The notes beneath the pieces are model-generated. The model was given only the letters and a program-made list of their open reading frames with translations, was not told the origin of the DNA and ran no database searches. A DNA stretch of 64,000 bases. It comes from Patescibacteria group bacterium. Its GTDB lineage: Bacteria; Patescibacteriota; Gracilibacteria; UBA1369; PNNO01. The stretch lies in the NCBI GenBank assembly GCA_042568575.1, contig JBHPIO010000002.1:1-64000 (forward strand), written 5' to 3'. Numbering within the stretch: the stretch's first letter is position 1; every line of letters starts with the position of its first letter. Shown here piece by piece: positions 45,662-56,078 of the stretch. Made by a program: the position numbers and the translations under genes.

Positions 45662-48028
45662 ATGAAGAGAAATCTTGTTTTCTTACTTATCTTTGCCTTT
45701 GCCATTATTGGCAGTTCGTTCGCAGTATCGCGTGATCAAGTTAAAAGTAAAATTAAGTTGCCCCCTCAGGAGCACATAGAACAAGAAGCCGAAGATACAT
45801 CGGAGCCAGCTCGGATTCCGGTTCTTGAATATCATAATTTTAATGATGAAGAAGGTCGATGGACTCGCACTCCAGACAATTTTTATGGAGATCTGCAGTG
45901 GCTTTACAATAACAATTATCGTCCGGTAACTGTTGAGCAATTCCTTAAAATGGAATTCCAAATGGAGCCCGGTATGAAGCCTTTTTTAATGACGTTTGAC
46001 GATGCCAGTGAGAATCAATTTAGATATCTTGAAGATGGAACGATTGATCCAAATTCAGCGATTGGAGTAATGAATAGATTTATAGAAGAGCATCCTGATT
46101 TTGGGACGTCTGCAACGTTTTTTGTTCTTCCTTATAGTTTTGGGCAGGCAGATTTGATAGATGAAAAATTAAAGTACTTAGTTCGAACCGAACGTGAAAT
46201 AGGCAATCATACATTTGGGCATGAAGATCTTGAAAATTATGATGGAGAGACTATTCAATGGACTCTCGCGAGTCAGGAAAAATACGTTCAGGAACAGCTC
46301 GGCGAGTCGTATCAGGTTCGTGCGCTGGCTTATCCTTTAGGTCATTATCCAGATGGCGATTTGTTTGAATATATAAAAAGTGGTGAATCAGAAGGTCACT
46401 CGTATGAAATTGATGCAGCATTTTTAGTTGGATCTCATCCGACCTTGCTTCCAGATAATGCGGACTTTGAACCACATAGAATTCCTCGAATCCAAGCGTT
46501 TGATGATGAGTGGGGGCGTTGGTTTAACAGAGCTCCGGGAGAAACTGCAAAAAGCGAGGAAGTACCTAACTTTAGGCCTTACAGAGTGGATAAAAAGCAC
46601 TCGGTAGGAGTGCAAGAAGTTCCCGATCTTGATGGGACTTTGAAACCTTCCGAGGAGGTTTATGAAGAAACAGAAGAAATTGCTGAAGTTGTGGCTGATG
46701 AGGTTGTCGAAGAGATTACAGAGGAACCAGCTCCAGAAGAGCCAAAATTCCCATACGAAACCTGCAAACCATCAGACTACGAATTGTCTCCAAATGGAAA
46801 AGTATTTTGGACGTGGGCAAAGAACAAAACGAAGATGATCCAATTAAACCCAATTCCAGCGGAACTTAAACCGCGAGATGGCAAATTCTATTACACAATC
46901 ACAGGCGAGGAAGGGTCTATTTCTGAAAAATTCCTTTCATACTCTCGTCATTATAGAATGTCGAAATTTAAAGACGCGATTTTAGAAGCAAATCCGGAAA
47001 GCGATTTTGAAGCTGAAGAAGAAATTATAATTCCTGATATTCCGCTATTATTAGTGAATAGGCCAATTCATTCAAAGGATCCGTGGGGAATTTATCTTAC
47101 TGGATATTCTGCGACTTCAGATGAAGGTCCGCGGCTTGTTCAACAATTAAAAGATCGTGGTGGAAATCTAATAATCTTTGATGTTAAGGAAATTGACGGT
47201 TATGTTTTTTATCCATCGGAGGTTCCAATGGTTGCGGAAACAGGTGCAGATGCACATACCGTGATTCCTGATTTGGATAATTTTGTTCGATACTGGCATG
47301 AACAGGATATTTATCTGGCAGCACGTATTGTTATTTTTAAAGATATAAACTTGGCGCGTTCGCGTCCTGATTTGGCAATTCAAAACCAATATGGAGCGCC
47401 GTGGGAAAACCGTGAAGGATCTGTTTGGGTAGATCCGTCTCAGCCAGAAACTCAGCAGTATATTTTGGATTTGGTTGATGAGATTGCACAGTCAGGTGTT
47501 GATGAAATTCAGTTCGACTACATAAGGTTCCCGACTCTCGGGCCTGTTGAAGACACTAGATATAATTTTGATGAAGCAAATGTCGAGAAATATGAAGTTA
47601 TCCGAAATTTTGTGGCAAGAGTTCACGATCAATTACGCCCATACGATACAAAACTTTCTTTGGATGTTTATGGCGTGATTGCATGGAATGATGGGTATGA
47701 CGCACGTTCTACCGGTCAAAGAATGGAATGTCTTGGTCCTTATATCGACGTAGTTTATCCAATGGTATATCCATCACACTTTGGTCCTGGATTTGCGGGA
47801 TACGACAACCCTGGCGATCATCCGTACTACTTTGTTGCGGAAAGCGTTAGATTATTTAGACACTATTTACAAGGTACCAATACGGACATACGTCCATGGC
47901 TTCAGGCCTTCGCTTGGCGTGTAAGTGATTACGGTCCATGGTATATTGATGAACAGGTGAAAGGTGCAAGTGACGAAGGAGTTTATGAATATGCTCTTTG
48001 GAACGCCGGTAACCGATATTTCGACTAA
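45662..48028 (+). CDS. Secreted polysaccharide deacetylase fused to a DUF4015-like putative glycoside hydrolase
   Basis: LEYH, TFDD, GNHT..H, AYP.G; C-terminal ARIV.FKD, DEIQFDYIRFP, PMVYPSH, RPWLQAF. Confidence 0.82.
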   Translation: MKRNLVFLLIFAFAIIGSSFAVSRDQVKSKIKLPPQEHIEQEAEDTSEPARIPVLEYHNFNDEEGRWTRTPDNFYGDLQWLYNNNYRPVTVEQFLKMEFQMEPGMKPFLMTFDDASENQFRYLEDGTIDPNSAIGVMNRFIEEHPDFGTSATFFVLPYSFGQADLIDEKLKYLVRTEREIGNHTFGHEDLENYDGETIQWTLASQEKYVQEQLGESYQVRALAYPLGHYPDGDLFEYIKSGESEGHSYEIDAAFLVGSHPTLLPDNADFEPHRIPRIQAFDDEWGRWFNRAPGETAKSEEVPNFRPYRVDKKHSVGVQEVPDLDGTLKPSEEVYEETEEIAEVVADEVVEEITEEPAPEEPKFPYETCKPSDYELSPNGKVFWTWAKNKTKMIQLNPIPAELKPRDGKFYYTITGEEGSISEKFLSYSRHYRMSKFKDAILEANPESDFEAEEEIIIPDIPLLLVNRPIHSKDPWGIYLTGYSATSDEGPRLVQQLKDRGGNLIIFDVKEIDGYVFYPSEVPMVAETGADAHTVIPDLDNFVRYWHEQDIYLAARIVIFKDINLARSRPDLAIQNQYGAPWENREGSVWVDPSQPETQQYILDLVDEIAQSGVDEIQFDYIRFPTLGPVEDTRYNFDEANVEKYEVIRNFVARVHDQLRPYDTKLSLDVYGVIAWNDGYDARSTGQRMECLGPYIDVVYPMVYPSHFGPGFAGYDNPGDHPYYFVAESVRLFRHYLQGTNTDIRPWLQAFAWRVSDYGPWYIDEQVKGASDEGVYEYALWNAGNRYFD

Positions 48029-48636
48029 TACTTCCTTCTCTTATTAAGCACGTCAATGTATTCGTTGTGCGCTTCTATGAACTGGATGTATGAACCCTGA
48101 AGGGTTTCTTTTAAAGCTGGAAGGTTTATTGGTTCTGGTTCAGTTGGTGGTTCTTCTGCGACTACTTCTTCCCCTTCAACCGCAATTTGTTCTTCAGGTA
48201 CGACTTCTTCTGGAGGGGCATATGCCTTGATAATTTCAGCTGCACTATTAATCCAAGAAACAAGCGCGGGTCTGTAGGTTTCAAAATATTCAGTTTGAAT
48301 TGCTTCTTGCTCACTTTCGAAAACGCTATTTTGCATTAGAGAATCAAGAAGGTCGTTCTCTCTTTTAATTTGTTCGAACTTTTGATTGAAAGGTCCCAAA
48401 TCTCCTCCATCTTCAAATGCACCGATAGTCGCTTGAGTATCCATCATTAAATTTCCCAAACCGTGCGTGTATTCAACAATATCGTTATGAAGATCCATTT
48501 CGTACGAAGAAAGATGAGTAGGGCCGATAAGTTGAGATTTGCCTTCAGTAAAGTCAAAAACACCATACACGAAAAGAATGCCCAAAATTATGGTCGCTCC
48601 TGTGATGCTGCTGCTGTAAATAAGAAATTTCTTCAT
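48025..48636 (-). CDS. Membrane-anchored hypothetical protein
   Basis: N-terminal TM, acidic Pro-rich linker. Confidence 0.65.
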   Translation of the reverse strand: MKKFLIYSSSITGATIILGILFVYGVFDFTEGKSQLIGPTHLSSYEMDLHNDIVEYTHGLGNLMMDTQATIGAFEDGGDLGPFNQKFEQIKRENDLLDSLMQNSVFESEQEAIQTEYFETYRPALVSWINSAAEIIKAYAPPEEVVPEEQIAVEGEEVVAEEPPTEPEPINLPALKETLQGSYIQFIEAHNEYIDVLNKRRKY

Positions 48637-48726
48637 AGTACCCGTAGTATGCTAGATTTTGCTGTCCATTGCAAAACTTTTCATTTCTGGTAGAATATTC
48701 AGGCTATATTTAAGGCAAAAACGCCT

Positions 48727-50700
48727 ATGTCCGACCAAAAATTTAGACTAGTTTCAGATTTCAAACCAACGGGTGATCAGCCTAGGGCTATTGAAGAACT
48801 TGTGAAAGGGATCAATTCGGGCAAAGTTCACCAGGTGCTTCTTGGCGCTACTGGAACAGGAAAAACGTTTGTTATGTCGAACGTAATTGAACAAATTCAG
48901 AGACCTGCGCTTGTGCTTGCTCATAATAAAACTTTAACAGCTCAACTTTGCAGTGAGTTCCAGGAGTTTTTTCCGGATAACGCGGTGAGTTATTTCGTTT
49001 CATATTACGATTACTATCAACCGGAGGCGTATCTTCCGAGTACGGATACTTATATCGAAAAAGATTCGTCGATTAATGAAGAAATTAACAAATATAGGCA
49101 TGCGGCGACAATGAATCTTCTTACAAGAAAAGATGTGCTAGTTGTGGCTTCTGTATCTTGTATTTACGGCCTTGGTTCTGTTGAAGGATATGGAGATGTT
49201 GCGGTTGAACTCAAAACAGGAGAGTCGTATAAGCGTGATAAAATGCTCCGTCATCTAACGGACATTCAATATACCAGGTCGCAACTTGAATTCCGTCGTG
49301 GAATGTTCCATGTAATTGGCGATACTGTTGAGGTGTATCCACCATCGGGCGATACAATTTATCGTCTGGAATTTTTTGGAGATGAACTTGAGAGGATTTC
49401 GGAAGCGGATGCGTTTACCGGGGAAGAACTTAGTGAGCATGAAAGTGTGAAAATATTTCCGGCGAAGCATGACGTAACAACTCAGGAACGTATTCAGAAA
49501 GCGGTTGGGATGATTCAGGGTGATTTGAAGGTGCGATATGATCAATTAAAGAAAATGGGGAAAATTGTTGAAGCTCAGCGTCTTAAAACACGAACAGAAT
49601 ATGATATTGAAATGCTTCTTGAAACCGGATACTGCAGTGGAATAGAAAATTATACTCGCTATTTGAATCTTCGTGAGCCTGGTGAGCAGCCGGCAACGCT
49701 TATGGATTATTTTCCTGATGATTTTGTGCTGTTTGTTGATGAAGCACATATGACAATTCCGCAAATTGGTGCGATGCATAATGGAAATCTTTCGCGTAAG
49801 CAGACTTTGGTGGAACATGGCTTTAGAATGCCATCCGCGCTTGATAATCGTCCTTTGAAATTTGAGGAATTTGAAGATCATATTCGCAAGGCGGTTTATG
49901 TTTCGGCGACTCCTGGAAAGTATGAAATGGCTAAGGTGAAAAATAAAGTTGTGGAGCAGGTGATTCGTCCAACTGGACTTGTGGATCCGATAGTTGAAGT
50001 ACGTCCGATTAAAGGTCAGATAGATAATTTGCTTGGTGAAATCAGAACTCGAATTAAGGCGAAGGAAAGGGTGTTGATAACTACTTTAACAAAGCGTTCG
50101 TCCGAGGAATTTACTGATTATCTTGCGGAGCAGGGAATTAAAGTGCGATATCTTCATTCAGAAGTTGATACACTTGATAGAATTGAGATTTTGCGTGATC
50201 TTCGGCTTGGTAAATTTGATGTGCTTGTTGGAATTAATCTATTGCGAGAAGGATTGGACCTTCCGGAAGTTTCATTTATTGCCATTATGGATGCGGATAA
50301 ACAAGGATTTCTTCGCTCGACTCCTGCGCTTATTCAAACGATTGGACGTTGCGCGCGTAATGTAAATGGTTTTGTGGTTATGTACGCGGATAAAATAACA
50401 GATGCTATGAAGGGTGCGCTTGGTGAGACGGAGCGTCGTCGAAAAATTCAAATTGCTTATAACAAAAAACACGGCATTACACCGGAAACAATCAAAAAAG
50501 AAGTTAAGGATATTACTTTGCATATGAAAAAGACTGAAGAAAGGCATTATGATGCGAAAAAGATACCAAAAGATGAAATGAAGCATCTTCTTAAAACCCT
50601 CGGAGCACAAATGGATCTGGCTTCTCAGAATCTTGAATTTGAGAAAGCCGCAGAACTTAGGGATGAAATCGACATGCTTCGAGAAGAATTTGGTTTGTAA
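48727..50700 (+). CDS. uvrB: Excinuclease ABC subunit B
   Basis: [32 protein letters not shown]-terminal UVR domain. Confidence 0.98.
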   Translation: MSDQKFRLVSDFKPTGDQPRAIEELVKGINSGKVHQVLLGATGTGKTFVMSNVIEQIQRPALVLAHNKTLTAQLCSEFQEFFPDNAVSYFVSYYDYYQPEAYLPSTDTYIEKDSSINEEINKYRHAATMNLLTRKDVLVVASVSCIYGLGSVEGYGDVAVELKTGESYKRDKMLRHLTDIQYTRSQLEFRRGMFHVIGDTVEVYPPSGDTIYRLEFFGDELERISEADAFTGEELSEHESVKIFPAKHDVTTQERIQKAVGMIQGDLKVRYDQLKKMGKIVEAQRLKTRTEYDIEMLLETGYCSGIENYTRYLNLREPGEQPATLMDYFPDDFVLFVDEAHMTIPQIGAMHNGNLSRKQTLVEHGFRMPSALDNRPLKFEEFEDHIRKAVYVSATPGKYEMAKVKNKVVEQVIRPTGLVDPIVEVRPIKGQIDNLLGEIRTRIKAKERVLITTLTKRSSEEFTDYLAEQGIKVRYLHSEVDTLDRIEILRDLRLGKFDVLVGINLLREGLDLPEVSFIAIMDADKQGFLRSTPALIQTIGRCARNVNGFVVMYADKITDAMKGALGETERRRKIQIAYNKKHGITPETIKKEVKDITLHMKKTEERHYDAKKIPKDEMKHLLKTLGAQMDLASQNLEFEKAAELRDEIDMLREEFGL

Positions 50701-50703
50701 CTG

Positions 50704-50874
50704 AACGTGAAGTGCGAAAGTATATCTGTAACGAATCCGGATCGATCCGGAAGTCATTCCCGGACCAGTCCGGAATTAATAAAATTTTAATTAAAATTGT
50801 TGTATAGATATGTTCCGCCCCAGGGCGGATTCGCCTTGTATCCTGATTATATTCTGGCTCTCGCAATTCACGTT
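50704..50874. repeat. 171-nt nested palindromic element (MITE/REP-like or structured RNA)
   Basis: 15/17 terminal inverted repeat enclosing several internal palindromes. Confidence 0.6.
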
Positions 50875-50883
50875 AACCGACTA

Positions 50884-50911
50884 TTGACAAACTCCCTGTA
50901 ACCGTTATAAT
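50884..50911 (+). promoter_or_regulatory. sigma70 promoter
   Basis: TTGACA-16 nt-TATAAT. Confidence 0.65.
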
Positions 50912-50932
50912 ACTAGCCTTAAATCTTTCCCT

Positions 50933-51646
50933 ATGGGCTTACCTATGGACAGAGAAGCTGGCTCGTCTTTTCCACTTTCAACTCAAGTTGAGGGAACCGT
51001 TGCGGCTGAACAAGAGAAACGAATACTGGATATTCTAGGAAGTCTTAGTGCGATTTTTGCGAAGGTGAAGGAGTATTATGCTGTTGAGGCAAAAGAAGAA
51101 GAGGCACGTCAACTTGCAGAGGAAATTGATAGAATGGTGAGTGAATTAATTACTTCATTTGATGCGGGTCAATTTTCTTTGTTGACTGAAGAAGAAAGAG
51201 ATTCTATCGATGCACTAAGAGCAGGGAATAGGGAAATAAATGCAATCGGGACCTATGTAGAAACTTTAGTTGATTTATATAGTTCAATTGGCACACGGGA
51301 TGACGTTATTGGGCTCATAGATTTGCAGAGTAATGACAGGTTTGCCTTACAAAGAGCTTTTCTCGTAAAATTTTTAGCGGCGATTCAGGAATTTAAAAAT
51401 GATCAAACGGTTGATAATCTAATAAGAGTTATGTCGCTTGTAAAAGCATATGAGCGAATGCAGATTAAAGAGAGCATAGAGCAAAATGGAGCCAAAAGGC
51501 ATTGTGAAAGGTTCAGGGGATTTTTCAATGGGAATGTAATGACTTGTTTAAGGGCGAATGGAGCTTTCCAAGACGATGTTTTAGATAAAATATATGAAGG
51601 AGCAAACAGTTTGCTTGGAACATTGAAGGCAACTATTCAAGCATAG
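50933..51646 (+). CDS. Hypothetical helical protein
   Basis: 237-aa ORF after a strong promoter. Confidence 0.65.
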   Translation: MGLPMDREAGSSFPLSTQVEGTVAAEQEKRILDILGSLSAIFAKVKEYYAVEAKEEEARQLAEEIDRMVSELITSFDAGQFSLLTEEERDSIDALRAGNREINAIGTYVETLVDLYSSIGTRDDVIGLIDLQSNDRFALQRAFLVKFLAAIQEFKNDQTVDNLIRVMSLVKAYERMQIKESIEQNGAKRHCERFRGFFNGNVMTCLRANGAFQDDVLDKIYEGANSLLGTLKATIQA

Positions 51647-51719
51647 CCAAAATCGGCCTTTAAGTGTTTACCAGAGGGCTTATTTGTGCTATAATAGTAA
51701 GATTTTTTAATGTATTTGT

Positions 51720-52733
51720 ATGAATTCTGACTCATTATCAGACGAGGAATTAGATCAGTTGAGAAGTATTTGGGAGAAACCTTTGGAAAATGTGCCGCAG
51801 GCTCCACAAGAAGCTTCTGCTAAAATTGCTGAATCTATTAGTATAGATGTAAAAAAAGCATCAAATATTAGTATTCCTGAAAAAAGAGAGGATCAACTTG
51901 AATCGTTAAGTGCAATTAGTGAGGCTTTTATTCGTATTGTGGAAAATTCAAATAATCTTGAAGGATGTAAACAATCTGTGCAGAATTTTGAAGAAATTGT
52001 GAATGACCAGCAAACCATAAAAAGACTCGGAGACAAAGTGAGAACTGTTCTGAATTTTATTGTGACAAGATCAAATCAACTTATTAAAGATGTAGAAGAG
52101 GGAAAAGAAGGCGCTTTTGAAGCCTTTGAACTATTTATAAAAGGTAGAATGAGGGATGACCAAAGTGTAGAAGAACAAAGTAGAATTGGGGATATACAAA
52201 TAGGACTGGATGGTGTAATAAAACAAAAAACTAAGGTGGAAGATAAAATGTCAGGAGAGATGCGCATGCCTCCTGATCCCACCCCTCTGGAAATAAAAAC
52301 TTTAGAAGCACTTTTGAACGGACTCAGGATTCCTTATAGCCCGATTGACGTTATAAAGATATTTAAAGAAGAAGATCAGCAAGAAACATTCGAGCTCGCT
52401 TTTAGAAACGAAGAGGAAGAACTCGATAAAGAGATGATGAGCGGTTTATTACGTTCGAAGGCAATTTTAAGAAAATGCAAAGAAGAAGGTGCAGATCCAG
52501 AAGTTGAAAAGGACGTGGAAGAAGAAGTTGGGTATTGGAAAAATATGACTGAGTTAGATTTTTTCCCTGGAGAAAGGCGTAAAAAACTTAAAGAGTATTA
52601 TCGTTTTAAAAACATGCTAAGAAATTTCGATATGGTTAAAAATGGAGAAGTCCCATATGACGAAATGCTCGAATTATACAGAAAACTAAAACCAAAATCT
52701 AAAAGAAAAAATGATGACGAAGCTAACGCCTAA
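51720..52733 (+). CDS. Hypothetical acidic helical protein
   Basis: 337-aa ORF overlapping the GGDEF gene start. Confidence 0.7.
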   Translation: MNSDSLSDEELDQLRSIWEKPLENVPQAPQEASAKIAESISIDVKKASNISIPEKREDQLESLSAISEAFIRIVENSNNLEGCKQSVQNFEEIVNDQQTIKRLGDKVRTVLNFIVTRSNQLIKDVEEGKEGAFEAFELFIKGRMRDDQSVEEQSRIGDIQIGLDGVIKQKTKVEDKMSGEMRMPPDPTPLEIKTLEALLNGLRIPYSPIDVIKIFKEEDQQETFELAFRNEEEELDKEMMSGLLRSKAILRKCKEEGADPEVEKDVEEEVGYWKNMTELDFFPGERRKKLKEYYRFKNMLRNFDMVKNGEVPYDEMLELYRKLKPKSKRKNDDEANA

Positions 52734-53622
52734 ACAAATAGAAACTATTGCAGTAGAAACAGTTGCGCACAGAGTGGAGAGAATTCCTGGCTGGCAAATT
52801 GAAGAAGAAAAAGCCTTGCGAGGCGATATTCTTGATAGAGTGCATGCAAGAGTGGAGACGGTTATGGCTGTTGAAAATATGACTCCTGCAGAGAGGGCTG
52901 CTTATGTAATCGAAATGGAGGATAGGTATGAAGAAATGAAAGAGCTTATAAAAATTCTTCTAATTGATCCGCTAACAGGGCTTAATGTGAGGAGGTATTA
53001 TGAAGAAACCCTTCCAAGGGTTATCGAAGAAAATCATCCTGAGATTTCAATGCTTATGGTTGATGTTGATTATTTTAAAAACATTAATGATGCTTATGGG
53101 CATGCAGCAGGGGATTTTGTTTTGAGAGAGCTTGGAAAAATTGTTAATAATTTTTTTAGAAAGCGTGATATTAAAGCACGTTATGGTGGAGAAGAGATCG
53201 CTGTTGTTTTGCCAGGCTGTAATCTGAAAATCGCACATGAAAAAGCAGAAGAATTGCGTCACATTATAGAGCAACATGAATTTGTTTTTCATCCTCATGG
53301 AGGAATGCCATTTACTATAGAACCAATTACTGTGAGTATTGGTGTGGGTGAACTTACTTCTGATGAAGAAGGCGCAACTGACGAGAAAAAAGTGAGATTG
53401 GCAAAAAGAGCAGATGCATTAGTTTACGCAGCAAAAGATCTTGGGCGAAATCGTGTTGCCGCACAAGATGGTTTTGATATGACGGATCTTTACGCAAGAC
53501 AAGAAGAGGCAGCAAGAAAAAAGAAAGAAGGCGAAATTCTACCAACCACCACCACCGCCACCCCCGAAGCCGCCGCCGGAGAATCCACCGGAGAATCCGC
53601 TTCCTCCACTCCAAGCACTTGA
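52711..53622 (+). CDS. Diguanylate cyclase (GGDEF domain)
   Basis: DPLTGL, DVDYFK.IND.YGH..GD, RKRD I-site, ARYGGEE, AK..GRN. Confidence 0.9.
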   Translation: MMTKLTPKQIETIAVETVAHRVERIPGWQIEEEKALRGDILDRVHARVETVMAVENMTPAERAAYVIEMEDRYEEMKELIKILLIDPLTGLNVRRYYEETLPRVIEENHPEISMLMVDVDYFKNINDAYGHAAGDFVLRELGKIVNNFFRKRDIKARYGGEEIAVVLPGCNLKIAHEKAEELRHIIEQHEFVFHPHGGMPFTIEPITVSIGVGELTSDEEGATDEKKVRLAKRADALVYAAKDLGRNRVAAQDGFDMTDLYARQEEAARKKKEGEILPTTTTATPEAAAGESTGESASSTPST

Positions 53623-55284
53623 TCCGCCCGAACTTCGTGGTGAAGACGCGAATGCTGTATTGGCATGCGTGTTGAAGTTGTTCAATCTGTTGATGAGGTA
53701 GTATGTGTCGAAGCCGTCCATGTTGCTTCCCTCAAACCAGTCTGGTGGTTTTTTGTAGATGTCTTTGAATGCGGACGCCCATTTTTCTCCAAGTCCAAGC
53801 ACTATTGCGTATGGCAATAATCTTTCGAAGAAAATATTCTTTTCTGATTGGAACTTTATGCGGTCTCTTTCTGCTGTTCTTATGTATTCCTCAAGTCCTT
53901 TAATTTCATAAAATGCCTTTGCCCCTTTTATAGTTTTGCGCGGCATGAAATTCGAGAAAATTACAAATAGAATTCCCGAAGCTATAATCGAAATGGTGAA
54001 AGTAATTCCAAGAAGCATGGCTATAAGTCCCATTGCAAAGAATGGTCCGACTGTGAAGAACAAGCCGATTCCAAGATAAGTCCATCTTACATTGTCGGGA
54101 TTATGTACAAAGAATCCGTCCGAAACCAGATTGTTGTAGATCTTCTTTTTAATATTTGGAAGACGCTTGTAAAACTTATATTTAAGATCAGATATTTTCG
54201 TTTTAGTAGCGCTTGCAAAAACTGCATCAAGGATTTCTATTTCATGACTTTTTATTCCTTGAGCTTCTTTATATGGCTTTAGTATTTCAAGTTCGTAGTC
54301 TGTTTCATCAAAGAATATCAACTTCTTAGCCTTAATTTCGCGAATTTTTATGAAGCCTTTTACAGCGTAATCAATAATTACTGTTGAGATGTCGTGAACA
54401 TCGACTTTCTCATCAATAATTGTCCCGACTTCTGTTGGAGTGAGATCTTTTGGTGCTTTATAACGTGGGATAATAGTGTCAGCTGTTTTTGGGTCGCGTC
54501 CTGTAAACCACCATTTGAAAAACAAAAAGAAGAACACAGCTATAGGAATTAGCAACGTCCAGTTATCAAAAATGAACCACATAACTTTTTGCAGCAATGA
54601 AGCTTCTTTAATGATTTCTTTTGGAAAACCGGCAACAATTGTAAATCCTTCGTTTGGCTGAAAAATGGTGTCAGATTTGTATGTGAATGTATTTTCATCG
54701 CTAACTGTAGCTTGGCATCCTGTCTCGTCTGAGCCGTAGTATCCTGTGAAACATGCAGCTTTCATATCTTCTTTATTGGCATTTTCAGGAAGATGCACTG
54801 TAAGCGTGCTCGACATAACAGGGACCTGCCAGTCTGTAAAAGCATTCCAGTAAAGCTCGTCGTGCTCGTCAAAATAACCCATCGCTCGATCAATTTCGTA
54901 TTCAAGAACGTACGTGGTGACTTCGTTTAGCCAAATATCTGCATCGCCGATTTTAATATTAATAACATCCGAAAATAGTTCTTTATCGACACCGGCAATA
55001 GGATGAGAATCACCATTCTCGTCTGTTACGCCGATTAGTTTAAATCGTAAATTAAAAGGATTCCCATAAGAATCCGTATAGCTTACTGGTATTGTTCTAT
55101 AAATTCCATGGTGCTCTTCGTTGGTAAAGTCGGCAACAACAGTTTCTGTTATGTGAAGTTTACCTGATTCTAAAATCTCGATATCTTGGTCGAAACGATC
55201 GATTTCCCATTCTTGAAATCCATATGCAAAGGCGGTTGGTGCCGCAAGTACAACAAAAAAGAATGAGAGAAGAAGTTTTTTCAT
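53539..55284 (-). CDS. DUF2207 family membrane protein
   Basis: ITET......HGIYR.IP, ELYWN, FERLLPYA..LG, Gly-rich GGGGGGW end. Confidence 0.9.
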   Translation of the reverse strand: MKKLLLSFFFVVLAAPTAFAYGFQEWEIDRFDQDIEILESGKLHITETVVADFTNEEHHGIYRTIPVSYTDSYGNPFNLRFKLIGVTDENGDSHPIAGVDKELFSDVINIKIGDADIWLNEVTTYVLEYEIDRAMGYFDEHDELYWNAFTDWQVPVMSSTLTVHLPENANKEDMKAACFTGYYGSDETGCQATVSDENTFTYKSDTIFQPNEGFTIVAGFPKEIIKEASLLQKVMWFIFDNWTLLIPIAVFFFLFFKWWFTGRDPKTADTIIPRYKAPKDLTPTEVGTIIDEKVDVHDISTVIIDYAVKGFIKIREIKAKKLIFFDETDYELEILKPYKEAQGIKSHEIEILDAVFASATKTKISDLKYKFYKRLPNIKKKIYNNLVSDGFFVHNPDNVRWTYLGIGLFFTVGPFFAMGLIAMLLGITFTISIIASGILFVIFSNFMPRKTIKGAKAFYEIKGLEEYIRTAERDRIKFQSEKNIFFERLLPYAIVLGLGEKWASAFKDIYKKPPDWFEGSNMDGFDTYYLINRLNNFNTHANTAFASSPRSSGGSSAWSGGSGFSGGFSGGGFGGGGGGGW

Positions 55285-55294
55285 GGGAATGTTT

Positions 55295-56002
55295 TTATGA
55301 TTTTGGTTCTTCCTTGTCCTCAGCAGGTTCTTCAGGAACTTCTGGCGCAGGAGGAGCTTCTTCAGCTTTTGGTTCTTCCGCAGGTTTTTCAGGAGCTGGT
55401 TCAGGTGCTTCTGGCGCAGGAGCAGCAGCTTCAGGCTTTTTTTCTTCTTCAGAAAAACTAACTTTTACGTTCTTTCGTTCGTCGTCTTCAATTTCAAAGA
55501 ATTGACGATCTTTAAATCCGAGCATTCCCGCGATAATGTTGTTTGGAAAAACTTGTAGCTTCGTATTAAAGTCACGAACAGTACCATTGTAGTACCTTCT
55601 AGACATTTGAATGTGTTCTTCAATTTCTCTTAAAGTTGCTTGTAAATCCATAAAGTTTTGATTTGCCTTTAACTCAGGATAGTTTTCCGCAACAGCGAAT
55701 AACGACTTTAAAGTCGAGGTTAACATGTTTTCAGCTTTTGCCTTTTCTTCAGGTGTATTTGCCTGCATTGCCATGCTTCTTGCTTGAGTAACTTTTTCGA
55801 ATGTTCCCGATTCATGCTTCGCATATCCCTTTACAGTTTCAACCATATTTGGGATGAGGTCGTATCTTCGTTTCAGTTGAGTGTCGATGTCTGACCATCC
55901 TTCATCAACTTTATTTTTAAGGACGATGAGTGAGTTGTAGACTGTTATAGCAAAAAGAGCGACAACCGCCACAATGGCTAAGATCACGTATAAAGCAGTC
56001 AT
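55295..56002 (-). CDS. lemA: LemA family protein with Pro/Glu-rich tail
   Basis: QLKRRYDLIPN, ENYPELKA, RRYYN, FP.N. Confidence 0.93.
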   Translation of the reverse strand: MTALYVILAIVAVVALFAITVYNSLIVLKNKVDEGWSDIDTQLKRRYDLIPNMVETVKGYAKHESGTFEKVTQARSMAMQANTPEEKAKAENMLTSTLKSLFAVAENYPELKANQNFMDLQATLREIEEHIQMSRRYYNGTVRDFNTKLQVFPNNIIAGMLGFKDRQFFEIEDDERKNVKVSFSEEEKKPEAAAPAPEAPEPAPEKPAEEPKAEEAPPAPEVPEEPAEDKEEPKS

Positions 56003-56078
56003 AAAATTAGGTTAAGATTAACTGGGCTTATTGTACGCAAAATGAACTTTTTTTGCCAGGGAAAAAGGCTTACCTGCT

